Shown here in pieces: positions 27,422-36,250 of a stretch of DNA of 64,000 bases; position 1 is the stretch's first letter, and the number at the start of each line of letters is the position of its first letter. The stretch comes from Actinomycetota bacterium (GTDB lineage Bacteria > Actinomycetota > UBA4738 > HRBIN12), in assembly GCA_036280655.1 (NCBI GenBank), contig DASUQI010000037.1:8735-72734 (forward strand), given 5' to 3'. The notes beneath the pieces were generated by a model. The model saw only the letters and a list, made by a program, of their open reading frames with translations, was not told the origin of the DNA and did not search any database. The translations under genes were made by a program, and so were the position numbers.

Positions 27422-28441
27422 TCAGGCAGGTGGCATCCCCCAGTCGGGCTGATGGTCGAAGCTCCCATCGGTGACCTGGAGCAGACCGCTGCCGTCCACG
27501 TTCACGATGGAGATGTTCGCTTCCCCGTCCGCGTTCGAGCGGGCGAACACGATCTGCGACCCGTCGGGCGACCACGCGGGATCGAAGCACCCGAACGAGT
27601 TCGGATCGGAGAAGGGGCCTCCACACGCCGGGGTGATCGGCAGCTCGTGTGCCGAGCTGCCGTCGGCGTTCACGACCCAGATCTCACTGTGGTCTTCGGA
27701 GGCGCTCGTCTCGAGCAAGATCTGGCTTCCGTCGGGCGACCACGCCCCGGCGGGCTCGACCTGGAGGTCCGGCGGCGACACCCGCTGCAGCCCGGATCCA
27801 TCGAGGTTGGTCACGAAGATTCCGGTGGCACCATCATCGGTCGATCGGAAGAACACGAGTCGCGTGCCGTCGGGCGAGTAGTCGCCGGGGATGTCTTCTC
27901 CTCTGGGATTCGTCGTGATCCTCTCGAGTCCACCTCCACCGGAGACACGGATCGAGTAGATGCCGTTCAGGCTCGGATCGCCCACGCCATAGCCCTCGCA
28001 GGCGATCCGCTCGCCGTCGGGAGACCATGCTCCGCCACAGAATGTCTCCAGCTTCCGTTCCGGCTGCGGCAGGGTGCGCACGATGGCACCGGTTTCGGGA
28101 TCCACGAAGTGCGCGGGCATCCCGTCGTCGCAGCAGTTGATCTGGATCTCGGTGCCGGATGGAGCCCAGAGGGGACCTTCCGATCGCCCCTCGAAGAACA
28201 GCTGCTCCTCGTCGCTCCCATCGGGGTTCACCGTGTACGTGATGGCCTCTCCCTCCTCGGGGTCACCGCGCACGAACGCGATCCGGCCGTCGACCGCGGA
28301 CGCATCCGTCTCCGTCGGCTGTGCCGATCGGTTGCCACCAGCGTCGGTCTCGCCGTCGCCGCAGGCGACGAGGACGAGCGAACCGAGGATCGATACGAGC
28401 GCTCCAATCCACCATCGTGTCAACGCACTGCCCTTCGTCAC
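27422..28441 (-). CDS. Beta-propeller lipoprotein (PD40/TolB-like repeats).
   Basis: GTG start preceded by AGGAGG at the right spacing: (M)TKGSALTRWWIGALVSILGSLVLVACG (lipobox LVAC). SPDG[ST] blades follow. The upstream 150 aa of the track ORF overlap yebC and are an artefact. Confidence 0.72.
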   Translation of the reverse strand: MTKGSALTRWWIGALVSILGSLVLVACGDGETDAGGNRSAQPTETDASAVDGRIAFVRGDPEEGEAITYTVNPDGSDEEQLFFEGRSEGPLWAPSGTEIQINCCDDGMPAHFVDPETGAIVRTLPQPERKLETFCGGAWSPDGERIACEGYGVGDPSLNGIYSIRVSGGGGLERITTNPRGEDIPGDYSPDGTRLVFFRSTDDGATGIFVTNLDGSGLQRVSPPDLQVEPAGAWSPDGSQILLETSASEDHSEIWVVNADGSSAHELPITPACGGPFSDPNSFGCFDPAWSPDGSQIVFARSNADGEANISIVNVDGSGLLQVTDGSFDHQPDWGMPPA

Positions 28442-28533
28442 GGCCGCCTCCTCCACAGAGTCGAGTCGAGGAATCACTCGCGCGGGCGGGGCTCGGGGTT
28501 GAGTCGTCGGCTGGGATCGGTGGATCGAGGTCC

Positions 28534-29286
28534 TCAGCCGAGCTCGGCCATCACCGATTCCGGGATGTCGAAGTTCGCGTAGACGTTCTGGACGTCGTCG
28601 AGCTCCTCGAGCGCCTCGAGCAGCGAGAGCACCTGGCGCGCCTGCCCGCCCTCGACCGGCACAGTGCTCTGCGGCAGCATCGTGAGCTCGGCCGAGAGCA
28701 TCGGGACCCCGGCCGCCTCGATCGCGTCGCGCACGGCCGTGAACGCCGAGGGATCCGTCGTGATCTCCCAGGTGCTCTCGGCGTCGTTCAGGTCCTCGGC
28801 GCCAGCCTCGAGCGCGATCTCGAGCAGCCGCTCCTCGTCGGGGGCCGCCGACTTCTCGAGCTGGATCGAGCCCTTGCGCGAGAACATCCACGCAGTGCTC
28901 CCGCCCTCGCCGAGGGTGCCGCCGTTGCGCGTGAAGGCGTGCCGCACGTCCTGGCTCGTCCGGTTGCGGTTGTCCGTGAGCGTCTCGACGAAGAGCGCCA
29001 CGCCGCCCTGACCGTAGCCCTCGTACGAGACCTCCTCGTACCTGGCGCCGCCCGCGAGCTCACCGGTCCCCCGCTTGATCGCTCGATCGATGTTGTCCGT
29101 CGGCACGGACGCGTCGCGCGCCTTCTCGACCGCGGACGCGAGCGTCATGTTCCCCTCGACGCTGCCGCCGCCCTCGCGAGCGGCCACCTCCACCGCTCGC
29201 AGCAGCTTCGCGAACAGGTTGCTGCGCCTGGCGTCCGCGGCGCCCTTCTTGCGCTTGATCGTCGACCACTTCGAGTGGCCGGACAT
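28534..29286 (-). CDS. yebC: YebC/PmpR-family transcriptional regulator.
   Basis: MSGHSKWSTIKRKKGAADARR.... Confidence 0.93.
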   Translation of the reverse strand: MSGHSKWSTIKRKKGAADARRSNLFAKLLRAVEVAAREGGGSVEGNMTLASAVEKARDASVPTDNIDRAIKRGTGELAGGARYEEVSYEGYGQGGVALFVETLTDNRNRTSQDVRHAFTRNGGTLGEGGSTAWMFSRKGSIQLEKSAAPDEERLLEIALEAGAEDLNDAESTWEITTDPSAFTAVRDAIEAAGVPMLSAELTMLPQSTVPVEGGQARQVLSLLEALEELDDVQNVYANFDIPESVMAELG

Positions 29287-29843
29287 CAGGCCTTCCCCAG
29301 CAGGTAGCCGTGGAGCCCGGTCTCGCCGACGAGCTCGGGGTGGAACGATGCGAGGAGCAGGTTCCCCTGCTCGAGGACGACGGGTCGCCCCTCGTGCGAC
29401 GCGAGTACCCGGACGCCCTCGCCGACGGCCTCCACGACCGGCGCGCGGATGAACACGCCCCGGACCGGATGCTCGATGCCGTCGACCTCGAGATCGGCCT
29501 CGAACGAGTCGACCTGGCGGCCGTAGGCGTTCCGCCGCACGGTCACTTCGACGAGTCCGAGCAGCGGCTCGCCGTCCTCGACCCGTTCGGCCATGACGAT
29601 CATCCCCGCGCAGGTGCCGAGGATCGGCATCCCCGCGTTCGCGCGCTCGACGATCGGCTCGACGAGCGCGGCGCTCCGAGCGAGCTTGGAGATCGTGGTC
29701 GACTCGCCACCGGGGATCGCGAGCACGTCGACGCCCGCGAGATCAGCGGGGACACGCACCTCCATCGGCGACGCGCCGAGGTCCGCGAACACGCGGGCGT
29801 GCTCCCGGAAGTCTCCCTGCAGCGCGAGGACGCCGGCCTTCAC
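29286..29843 (-). CDS. pdxT: Pyridoxal 5'-phosphate synthase glutaminase subunit PdxT.
   Basis: …GVLALQGDFREH…LAIPGGESTT…GTCAGMI…. Confidence 0.93.
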   Translation of the reverse strand: MKAGVLALQGDFREHARVFADLGASPMEVRVPADLAGVDVLAIPGGESTTISKLARSAALVEPIVERANAGMPILGTCAGMIVMAERVEDGEPLLGLVEVTVRRNAYGRQVDSFEADLEVDGIEHPVRGVFIRAPVVEAVGEGVRVLASHEGRPVVLEQGNLLLASFHPELVGETGLHGYLLGKA

Positions 29844-29849
29844 GCCGAC

Positions 29850-30737
29850 CTACCAGCCGCGGGTCTGGAGCAGACCCTCCTCGCCGAGCTCCTTGATGTC
29901 GAGCCCGTGCATCGGCTCGCCGAGGCCGCGCGAGACCTTCGCCAGGGCATCGGGGTCCTGGAAGTGGGTGGTCGCCTCGACGATCGCGCGGGCCCGAGGT
30001 GCGGGGTCCTCCGACTTGAAGATCCCCGAACCGACGAACACCCCGTCGACGCCGAGCTGCATCATGAGCGCAGCGTCGGCCGGGGTCGCGAGACCGCCGG
30101 CGGCGAAGTTCACGACCGGCAACCGGCCCTGCTCCGCGACCATCCGCACGAGGTCCACCGGCGCGCCGAGCTCCTTGGCCGCGGTCACGAACTGCTCGGG
30201 GCGCGCGGTCTGCAGTGCGCCGAGCTCTCGAAGGATCGTCCGCTGGTGGCGCACGGCCTCGACGACGTTGCCCGTGCCGGCCTCGCCCTTGGTCCGGATC
30301 ATCGCGGCGCCCTCGGCGATCCGCCGCAGCGCTTCGCCCAGGTTTCGGGCGCCACACACGAACGGGACCGTGAACGCCCACTTGTCGATGTGGTGCTCCT
30401 CGTCGGCGGGCGTGAGGACCTCGGACTCGTCGACGTAGTCGACGCCGAGGGCCTGGAGGATCTGCGCCTCGACGAAGTGACCGATCCGCGCCTTGGCCAT
30501 CACCGGGATCGAGACCGCGTTCATGATCTCCTCGACCTTGGTTGCGTCGGCCATGCGCGCGACGCCGCCCTCGGCACGGATGTCGGCGGGAACGCGTTCG
30601 AGCGCCATCACGGCGACGGCACCGGCGTCCTCCGCGATCTTGGCCTGGTCGGCCGTCGTGACGTCCATGATGACGCCGCCCTTGAGCATCTCGGCCAGGC
30701 CGGACTTCACCCGGAAGGTGCCTGTTTCGCGCTCCAC
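29850..30737 (-). CDS. pdxS: Pyridoxal 5'-phosphate synthase lyase subunit PdxS.
   Basis: …[24 protein letters not shown]…[36 protein letters not shown]…. Confidence 0.95.
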   Translation of the reverse strand: MERETGTFRVKSGLAEMLKGGVIMDVTTADQAKIAEDAGAVAVMALERVPADIRAEGGVARMADATKVEEIMNAVSIPVMAKARIGHFVEAQILQALGVDYVDESEVLTPADEEHHIDKWAFTVPFVCGARNLGEALRRIAEGAAMIRTKGEAGTGNVVEAVRHQRTILRELGALQTARPEQFVTAAKELGAPVDLVRMVAEQGRLPVVNFAAGGLATPADAALMMQLGVDGVFVGSGIFKSEDPAPRARAIVEATTHFQDPDALAKVSRGLGEPMHGLDIKELGEEGLLQTRGW

Positions 30738-30815
30738 GGTCTCCTCCTCAGAACGAGGCTCGGTGCCTGCGACTGAGTGTACCGCCGGGCCTGGGGCCCT
30801 CCCGAGCCGCGATCT

Positions 30816-31913
30816 TCAGCGCGAGAACTCGACGGCAACCCAGGTCGGGAGCAGCTGGACCCAGGTCCGGCCGGGCGCGAGCGAGATCTCCTCCCCACCC
30901 TTGGCGACGAAGGTGGTCACCTCACCCATGCCCGAGCGCTCCCAGCGCCCCACTACCACCCGGCCGTCCCGGAGGACGTACGCACGTCCGGAACCCGTGA
31001 GCTGCACGTTCGGCGACGGGTTCCCCGCGGCGTCGACGATCTCGCTGTCGGTGACCTCCACGACCTGGATCACGACGTTGCTCGCCGACACCTGTTCGCC
31101 GCCGTCGAGCATGTGGGCCACGTCCCCGTGCGAGCGGAACCACGCGTGCTTGGCCGGCCGCCAGGTCCAGACGACGTCGGAGACCGAGGAGTACGGCAGG
31201 TGGACGGTATCCGCGCGACGGGACCTGCCCTCCCACGTCTCCGAGTACGAGAACAGCGCGTCGGGCGCGCCCCTCTGCTTGCCGCCCGCCTTGCGCAGCG
31301 TCTTCGTGGTCGAGTACAGGTCGTGCGGCGCCGAACGCGTGGGGTCGTGGGTATAGGCACCCGGGGCGACCCCGGTGTTCACGTCCACGAGGTCCTCCCT
31401 GGCGAGTTGTTCCATCACGCGGGGGTTGCCGCCCGAGAAGGCGAACACCGTCGGCCCCAACTGGCGGAGGTAGTCGGGATCGGTCGTGCGCACGCTTCGG
31501 ATCGGGCCGACGCGCTCGGAGTTGCCGCACTGGAAGATCGCGATGAACCGCGTGTAGCCGCCCTCGACCGGCTCCTCGACGACGACGTCCGCGTCGTTCA
31601 GCGATGCCTGCGGTCGCGCCTCGGGCGCGTTCTCCACCTTGACCGCGAGCGCCGGTCGGTCCGGGACGCGACGGCTCGCCATCACCTCGCCGGTGAGCGG
31701 ACACGTTGCCGGGGTCTCGACCTCGTCGGGTTCGGCCAGTCCGACGCTCACGAGCGTCTTCTGGACGAACGCCGGCGCCTGCTTGGGGAACAGCGTGAAG
31801 TACCCGAGCCCCGCCACGAGCGCGAGCGACGCGGTGATCGCGACGACCTTGCCTCGGCGCGACAGTCGCCCGCGACGGTGTCGGGCCGAACGTGGACGAT
31901 CGGTTTCGGGCAT
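30816..31913 (-). CDS. DUF3048-family secreted/membrane-anchored protein.
   Basis: 365 aa. An N-terminal signal/TM segment (VVAITASLALVAGLGYFTLF) is followed by a DUF3048-like core. The call rests on memory of that family. Confidence 0.65.
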   Translation of the reverse strand: MPETDRPRSARHRRGRLSRRGKVVAITASLALVAGLGYFTLFPKQAPAFVQKTLVSVGLAEPDEVETPATCPLTGEVMASRRVPDRPALAVKVENAPEARPQASLNDADVVVEEPVEGGYTRFIAIFQCGNSERVGPIRSVRTTDPDYLRQLGPTVFAFSGGNPRVMEQLAREDLVDVNTGVAPGAYTHDPTRSAPHDLYSTTKTLRKAGGKQRGAPDALFSYSETWEGRSRRADTVHLPYSSVSDVVWTWRPAKHAWFRSHGDVAHMLDGGEQVSASNVVIQVVEVTDSEIVDAAGNPSPNVQLTGSGRAYVLRDGRVVVGRWERSGMGEVTTFVAKGGEEISLAPGRTWVQLLPTWVAVEFSR

Positions 31914-32061
31914 CGCTGAACTCCTGGGATCGGGGTGGGTATGTCCGGGGCCTCCCGGCGCGATTCCGAGGTGCGGGCAAGCGGACGCCGATGCTACCCG
32001 CGGTCCTTGGCCGACTCAACGACCTTCGGTCAGTCCATCCCATCCACCGCCGGCCGCGGCC

Positions 32062-32970
32062 TCACATCTCCTCGAGTCGCCGGATGCGTTCGGCGATCGG
32101 CGGGTGGGTGCTGAACAGCTTCTCGAGCGGGCCCATCCCCTCGCCCTGGATCCGCGACGGCTGGTTCAGCCACAGGTGCGCCGTCGCGTTGTTCGCCGAG
32201 CGCATCGGGATCGCCGACGCGGCGCCGATCTTGCGGAGCGCGCTCGCGAGCCCCGGCGGGTAGCGGGTGAGCATCGCGCCCTGCGCGTCGGCGAGGAACT
32301 CGCGCTGCCTCGACACCGCGAGCCGGATGATCTGCCCGACGATCGGTGCGAGCACCAACAGGACGAGCCCGATCGCGAAGATGATCGCCTCGGCCCCGCC
32401 GCCGCTGCGGTCGCCGCCCCGTCGGCCGCGGAAGCCGCCCCACCACCACGAGCGCATGAAGAACTCGCTGATCAGCACGATGGCGCCGACGAGCGTCGCC
32501 ACGATCGTCCCGACCAGGATGTCCCGGTCGACGACGTGCGCGAGCTCGTGGCCGATCACGCCCTCGAGCTCGACCCGGTTCATCGTCTCGAGCAGCCCCT
32601 CGGTGACCGCGACCGACGAGTGCTCGGGGTTGCGGCCGGTCGCGAACGCGTTCGGCGCGCGCTCGGGGATCACGTAGACGCGGGGCTTGGGGATCCCAGC
32701 GGCGATCGAGAGCCCCTCGACGATGTTGTGCAGCCGCGGCTGCTCCTGCGGGGTGACCTGCTTGGCCCTCGTCGAGGCGAGCACGATCCGGTCGCCCGCG
32801 AAATACGAGGTGAACGAGAGCACGATCGCGAGCGCCACCGCGCCGACGAGGCCGTACGGTCCGCTCGCGTAGAGCAGCCCCAGGACGTAGCCCACCGCAC
32901 CCAGCAGGACGATCGCCCCGAAGATGAGCAGGAACGTCTTGCGCTTGTTCGCCGCGATCTGTTCGTACAC
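32062..32970 (-). CDS. htpX: Zinc metalloprotease HtpX (M48 family).
   Basis: HELAHV (HExxH) motif with four TM segments. Confidence 0.9.
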   Translation of the reverse strand: MYEQIAANKRKTFLLIFGAIVLLGAVGYVLGLLYASGPYGLVGAVALAIVLSFTSYFAGDRIVLASTRAKQVTPQEQPRLHNIVEGLSIAAGIPKPRVYVIPERAPNAFATGRNPEHSSVAVTEGLLETMNRVELEGVIGHELAHVVDRDILVGTIVATLVGAIVLISEFFMRSWWWGGFRGRRGGDRSGGGAEAIIFAIGLVLLVLAPIVGQIIRLAVSRQREFLADAQGAMLTRYPPGLASALRKIGAASAIPMRSANNATAHLWLNQPSRIQGEGMGPLEKLFSTHPPIAERIRRLEEM

Positions 32971-32973
32971 GCG

Positions 32974-33534
32974 CTAACCCGGGAAGTCGACCACCGACGG
33001 TCCGCGCGCCGGGTCCTCGATGTCGAAGAACTCGCGGTCCCGGAAGTCGAACACCTTCGCGACGAGGTTCGACGGGAACGAACCGATCAGCGTGTTCAAC
33101 CGCATCACCTGGTCGTTGTAGAACTGGCGCGCGTACGCGATCTTCGACTCGGTGCCGGTGAGCTCCTCCTGGAGCGCGAGGAAGTTCTCGTTCGCCTTCA
33201 GGTCCGGGTAGTTCTCCGCGACGGCGAGCAGCTGCCGCAGCCCGCGGGTGACCTGGTTCTCGGCCTGCGCCTGGTCCGGCACCGCGTTCGCATCCATCGC
33301 CCGCGCCCGGGCCTCGGTGACGTGCTCGAACAGCTCGCGCTCGTGGGTGGCATAGCCCTGGACCGTCTCGACGAGGTTCGGGATCAGGTCGTAGCGCCGG
33401 CGGAGCTGGACGTCGATCTGCGACCAGCCGTTGTCGACCCGGTTCCGCAGCGCGACCAGCCGGTTGTAGACGAGGATGCCCCCGATGAGCAGGAGGACGA
33501 CGACCACGATGACGATCCACAGCCACGCCGGCAC
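32974..33534 (-). CDS. lemA: LemA-family protein.
   Basis: N-terminal TM helix then the LemA core (…RRRYDLIPNLVETV…LAVAENYPDLKANENF…). Confidence 0.85.
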   Translation of the reverse strand: MPAWLWIVIVVVVLLLIGGILVYNRLVALRNRVDNGWSQIDVQLRRRYDLIPNLVETVQGYATHERELFEHVTEARARAMDANAVPDQAQAENQVTRGLRQLLAVAENYPDLKANENFLALQEELTGTESKIAYARQFYNDQVMRLNTLIGSFPSNLVAKVFDFRDREFFDIEDPARGPSVVDFPG

Positions 33535-33543
33535 GGCGGCATC

Positions 33544-34665
33544 CTATCCGGCCTCCGCGGACGAGCCGTCGGGCCCCGCCACCCGCTCGTAGACGGCTTC
33601 GAGCCGCGGCAGGACGGCGTCCCAAGAGTACGCGGCGGCGCGCGCCCGGCCGGCCTCGGCCAGCGACGACGCGAGCTCCGCGTCGCCCAGGACGCGGGCG
33701 AGCGCGTCGGCGAGGGCGGCGGGGTCGTTCGGCGGGACGAGGAGCCCCTCGACGCCGTCGCGGACGACCTCGCGGTACCCGTGGATGTCGGTGCAGACCA
33801 CCGGGACCCCGGCGGCCATCGCCTCCACGAGGACGATGCCGAAGCTCTCCTGTCCCACGGCGGGTGAGACGAACGCGTCCGCGACCGCATGGTAGGCGGG
33901 CAGCAGGTCGTGGGCCACGGTGCCGAGGTGCAGGACCCGCGGCCGGATCCGTTCGGGCAGTGACCGCAGCGCCTCCCGATCCCGGCCGTCCCCCACGACC
34001 ACCAGGTGGACATCATCGAGGTCGGCCGGCAGGCGCTCGAACGCGTCGAGCATCACGCGGAACCCCTTCTGGGGGTCGAGGCGGTTCACCCACAGGACCT
34101 TTCGGCCGGCGGGGAGCCCGTGCGCCGGCGCGCCCGGGTGCGCGAACCGACCGACGTCCACCCCGTTGGGCACGATCTCGACCGGCACGGGGATCACGCG
34201 GCGGAGGAACTCGGCGGCCGCGTCCGAGACCGCGATCCCGGCGTCGATCCGCCGCGAGACCCGCCGGAGCGCCGGGCCGGCGAGCTCCATCAGGCGCGAG
34301 CGGTCGAGGTAGGCGTGGAACGTCGCCACCACCGGTGCGCTCGCGGCGAGGGCCGCGAGCATCGACGTGCTGGGCGTAAGCGGCTCGTGCACGTGGACGA
34401 TCTCCGGGCCGAACGACCGCATCGCCGAGCGGACCCGCCGCCACGCGCCGGGCGAGAACGAGATCGGCGCCACGGTCCCGTTGTACGGGACCCGGACCGG
34501 ACGACCGACGATCCGGATCCATGGCTCGGGTGCCGGACCGCTCCCTGGCGCCACCACCCGCGTGTCGTGACCCCGGCGACGGAGTCCCTCGGCCAGCTGC
34601 CGCACGTGCACCTGGACGCCGCCGGGGGCTCCCCAGTCGTAGGGGCAGGCGAGCAGGACCTTCAC
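33544..34665 (-). CDS. GT4-family glycosyltransferase (phosphatidylinositol mannosyltransferase PimA-like).
   Basis: 373 aa with a GT-B fold and EX7E-type motif (…ESFGIVLVEAMAAGVPVV…). It sits next to PatA-like and PgsA1-like genes, as in the mycobacterial pgsA1-patA-pimA locus. Confidence 0.8.
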   Translation of the reverse strand: MKVLLACPYDWGAPGGVQVHVRQLAEGLRRRGHDTRVVAPGSGPAPEPWIRIVGRPVRVPYNGTVAPISFSPGAWRRVRSAMRSFGPEIVHVHEPLTPSTSMLAALAASAPVVATFHAYLDRSRLMELAGPALRRVSRRIDAGIAVSDAAAEFLRRVIPVPVEIVPNGVDVGRFAHPGAPAHGLPAGRKVLWVNRLDPQKGFRVMLDAFERLPADLDDVHLVVVGDGRDREALRSLPERIRPRVLHLGTVAHDLLPAYHAVADAFVSPAVGQESFGIVLVEAMAAGVPVVCTDIHGYREVVRDGVEGLLVPPNDPAALADALARVLGDAELASSLAEAGRARAAAYSWDAVLPRLEAVYERVAGPDGSSAEAG

Positions 34666-34687
34666 GGCGCCGCGGCGGTCGCGTCCG

Positions 34688-35671
34688 TCACCGACGCTCG
34701 GCGGCCGTCGCCTCGACCGTCGCAGTCGCGCCCGAGTCCTCCCACGCAGGCTGGAACATGTGCCAGTCCGTGGGGCGGGCGGCGATCGCTCGCTCGAAGC
34801 GTTCGGCCATGACCCGCGAGAGTTCGGCCACGTCGGTGCGGATGGTGCCGGTGCGTTCGATCTCGAGCGGCGCCTCGAAGCGGACCTCCCAGCCGCGGTC
34901 GAGCGTCGCGGTCGGTGCCGGCAGGATCGGCGCGCCGGAGGTGAGCGACAGCAGCGCCGGACCCGCCGGGACCTTGCGCGGCGCGCCGAACATCTCGACC
35001 TCGATGCCGCGCCCGGAGAGGTCGCGGTCGGCGACGAGCGCGACCATCCAGTTGTCGGCGAGGAGCTGCTTCAGCTGCGTTCCGACGTGCGCGTCCTTCT
35101 CGAGCCCGATCACCCGCATCCCGAGCTCCTCTCGGTGCCGGGTGAACAGCTCGTACAGGCGGGGGGGGCGGAGCTCCTCGGCGACCGCGGCGATCCGGTA
35201 GCCGTTCGCGCCGAACCAGTGCCCGCCGGCGTCCCAGTTCCCGAGGTGCGGCAGGACCGCGATGCATCCCTTCCCGGTCTCGAGCGCGCGGTCGACGTGC
35301 TCCACCCCGATCACCCTGATGCGCGCGTTGAACTCGTCCGTCGACATCCTCCGGATCCGGAAGGTGTCGAACCAGTACCGCGCGTATAGCTCGAATGCCT
35401 CCCGGGTCGCGAGCGCCACCCGTTCGTCCGCCGGGTCCATCCCCAGGACCCGGGCCTGGTTCGCTGCCACGGTCGCGCGGAGGTTCGGCAGCGAGCGGTA
35501 CGCGGTCCTCCCGAGCGCCTCGAACCCCCGCCTCCCGATCCGTTCGGGCAGGGCCATCGCCAGGCGCTCGAGCGAGCGGTAGCCCCAGTAGGCGGCGGAT
35601 TCTTTCGGCGTCTCGCCCCTCACGACCTCAGCACCGCTCCTCCTTGAACACCTGGCTGGCCCGAACGCCAC
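34688..35671 (-). CDS. Lysophospholipid (lauroyl/myristoyl) acyltransferase family protein (PatA/HtrB-like).
   Basis: 327 aa with an LPLAT signature (…AVLPHLGNWDAGG…). Confidence 0.78.
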   Translation of the reverse strand: MAFGPARCSRRSGAEVVRGETPKESAAYWGYRSLERLAMALPERIGRRGFEALGRTAYRSLPNLRATVAANQARVLGMDPADERVALATREAFELYARYWFDTFRIRRMSTDEFNARIRVIGVEHVDRALETGKGCIAVLPHLGNWDAGGHWFGANGYRIAAVAEELRPPRLYELFTRHREELGMRVIGLEKDAHVGTQLKQLLADNWMVALVADRDLSGRGIEVEMFGAPRKVPAGPALLSLTSGAPILPAPTATLDRGWEVRFEAPLEIERTGTIRTDVAELSRVMAERFERAIAARPTDWHMFQPAWEDSGATATVEATAAERR

Positions 35672-36155
35672 ACGCGAGCAGCATGAGCACCGCGACCACC
35701 CACACCGTCCATCGCCAGCCGGCGACCAGCCCGACCCCGACGAGCCCGTACCGAAGCACGGGAGTCACGATCCCCTCCTCGATCCCGTAGCCGAGCGACC
35801 CGCCGCGAGCCCGGATGTAGGAGGCGAGGAACCCTGCCGCGAGCGCCAGCAGCGCGCCGGCCGCGACCCACCCGTCGACCGTGCGGGTCACCCACGCGAG
35901 CGCGCCGAGCACGCAGCCGTCGAACAGCCGGTCGGCGAACGAGAGCAGGACGCGCCCGAGCCGATCGGCGGGACGCAACAGTATGCCCCCGGCGACGAGG
36001 GCGGCACCCGCGGCGAGCGCCGCCCACCCGGCCACCACCGGCTCCCGCGCGAGCAGGGCCCACGTGGACGCGCCGATCGCGAGTGCGGCGGCCATGCACA
36101 GGAGCGGCACCGCCGCGCGCTCGCCGACCTGCCCGCGCGCGCTCACCTCGACCAC
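35628..36155 (-). CDS. CDP-alcohol phosphatidyltransferase (phosphatidylinositol-phosphate synthase PgsA1-like). The N-terminus/start is uncertain.
   Basis: C-terminal motifs …FADRLFDGCVLGALAWV… and …SYIRARGGSLGYGIEEGIV… match mycobacterial PgsA1 from memory. The expected first half of the D-G-x2-A-R motif is not recognisable in this reading frame. Confidence 0.65.
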   Translation of the reverse strand: MVEVSARGQVGERAAVPLLCMAAALAIGASTWALLAREPVVAGWAALAAGAALVAGGILLRPADRLGRVLLSFADRLFDGCVLGALAWVTRTVDGWVAAGALLALAAGFLASYIRARGGSLGYGIEEGIVTPVLRYGLVGVGLVAGWRWTVWVVAVLMLLACGVRASQVFKEERC

Positions 36156-36250
36156 GCGCCGGACCCTACCACCGGGTCCCGCCGTGGCCGCAGGTCACCC
36201 GTGCCTGCCGCGCTAGACTCAGCGGTCCCCGGCCCGAACGGAGCCCCGAC

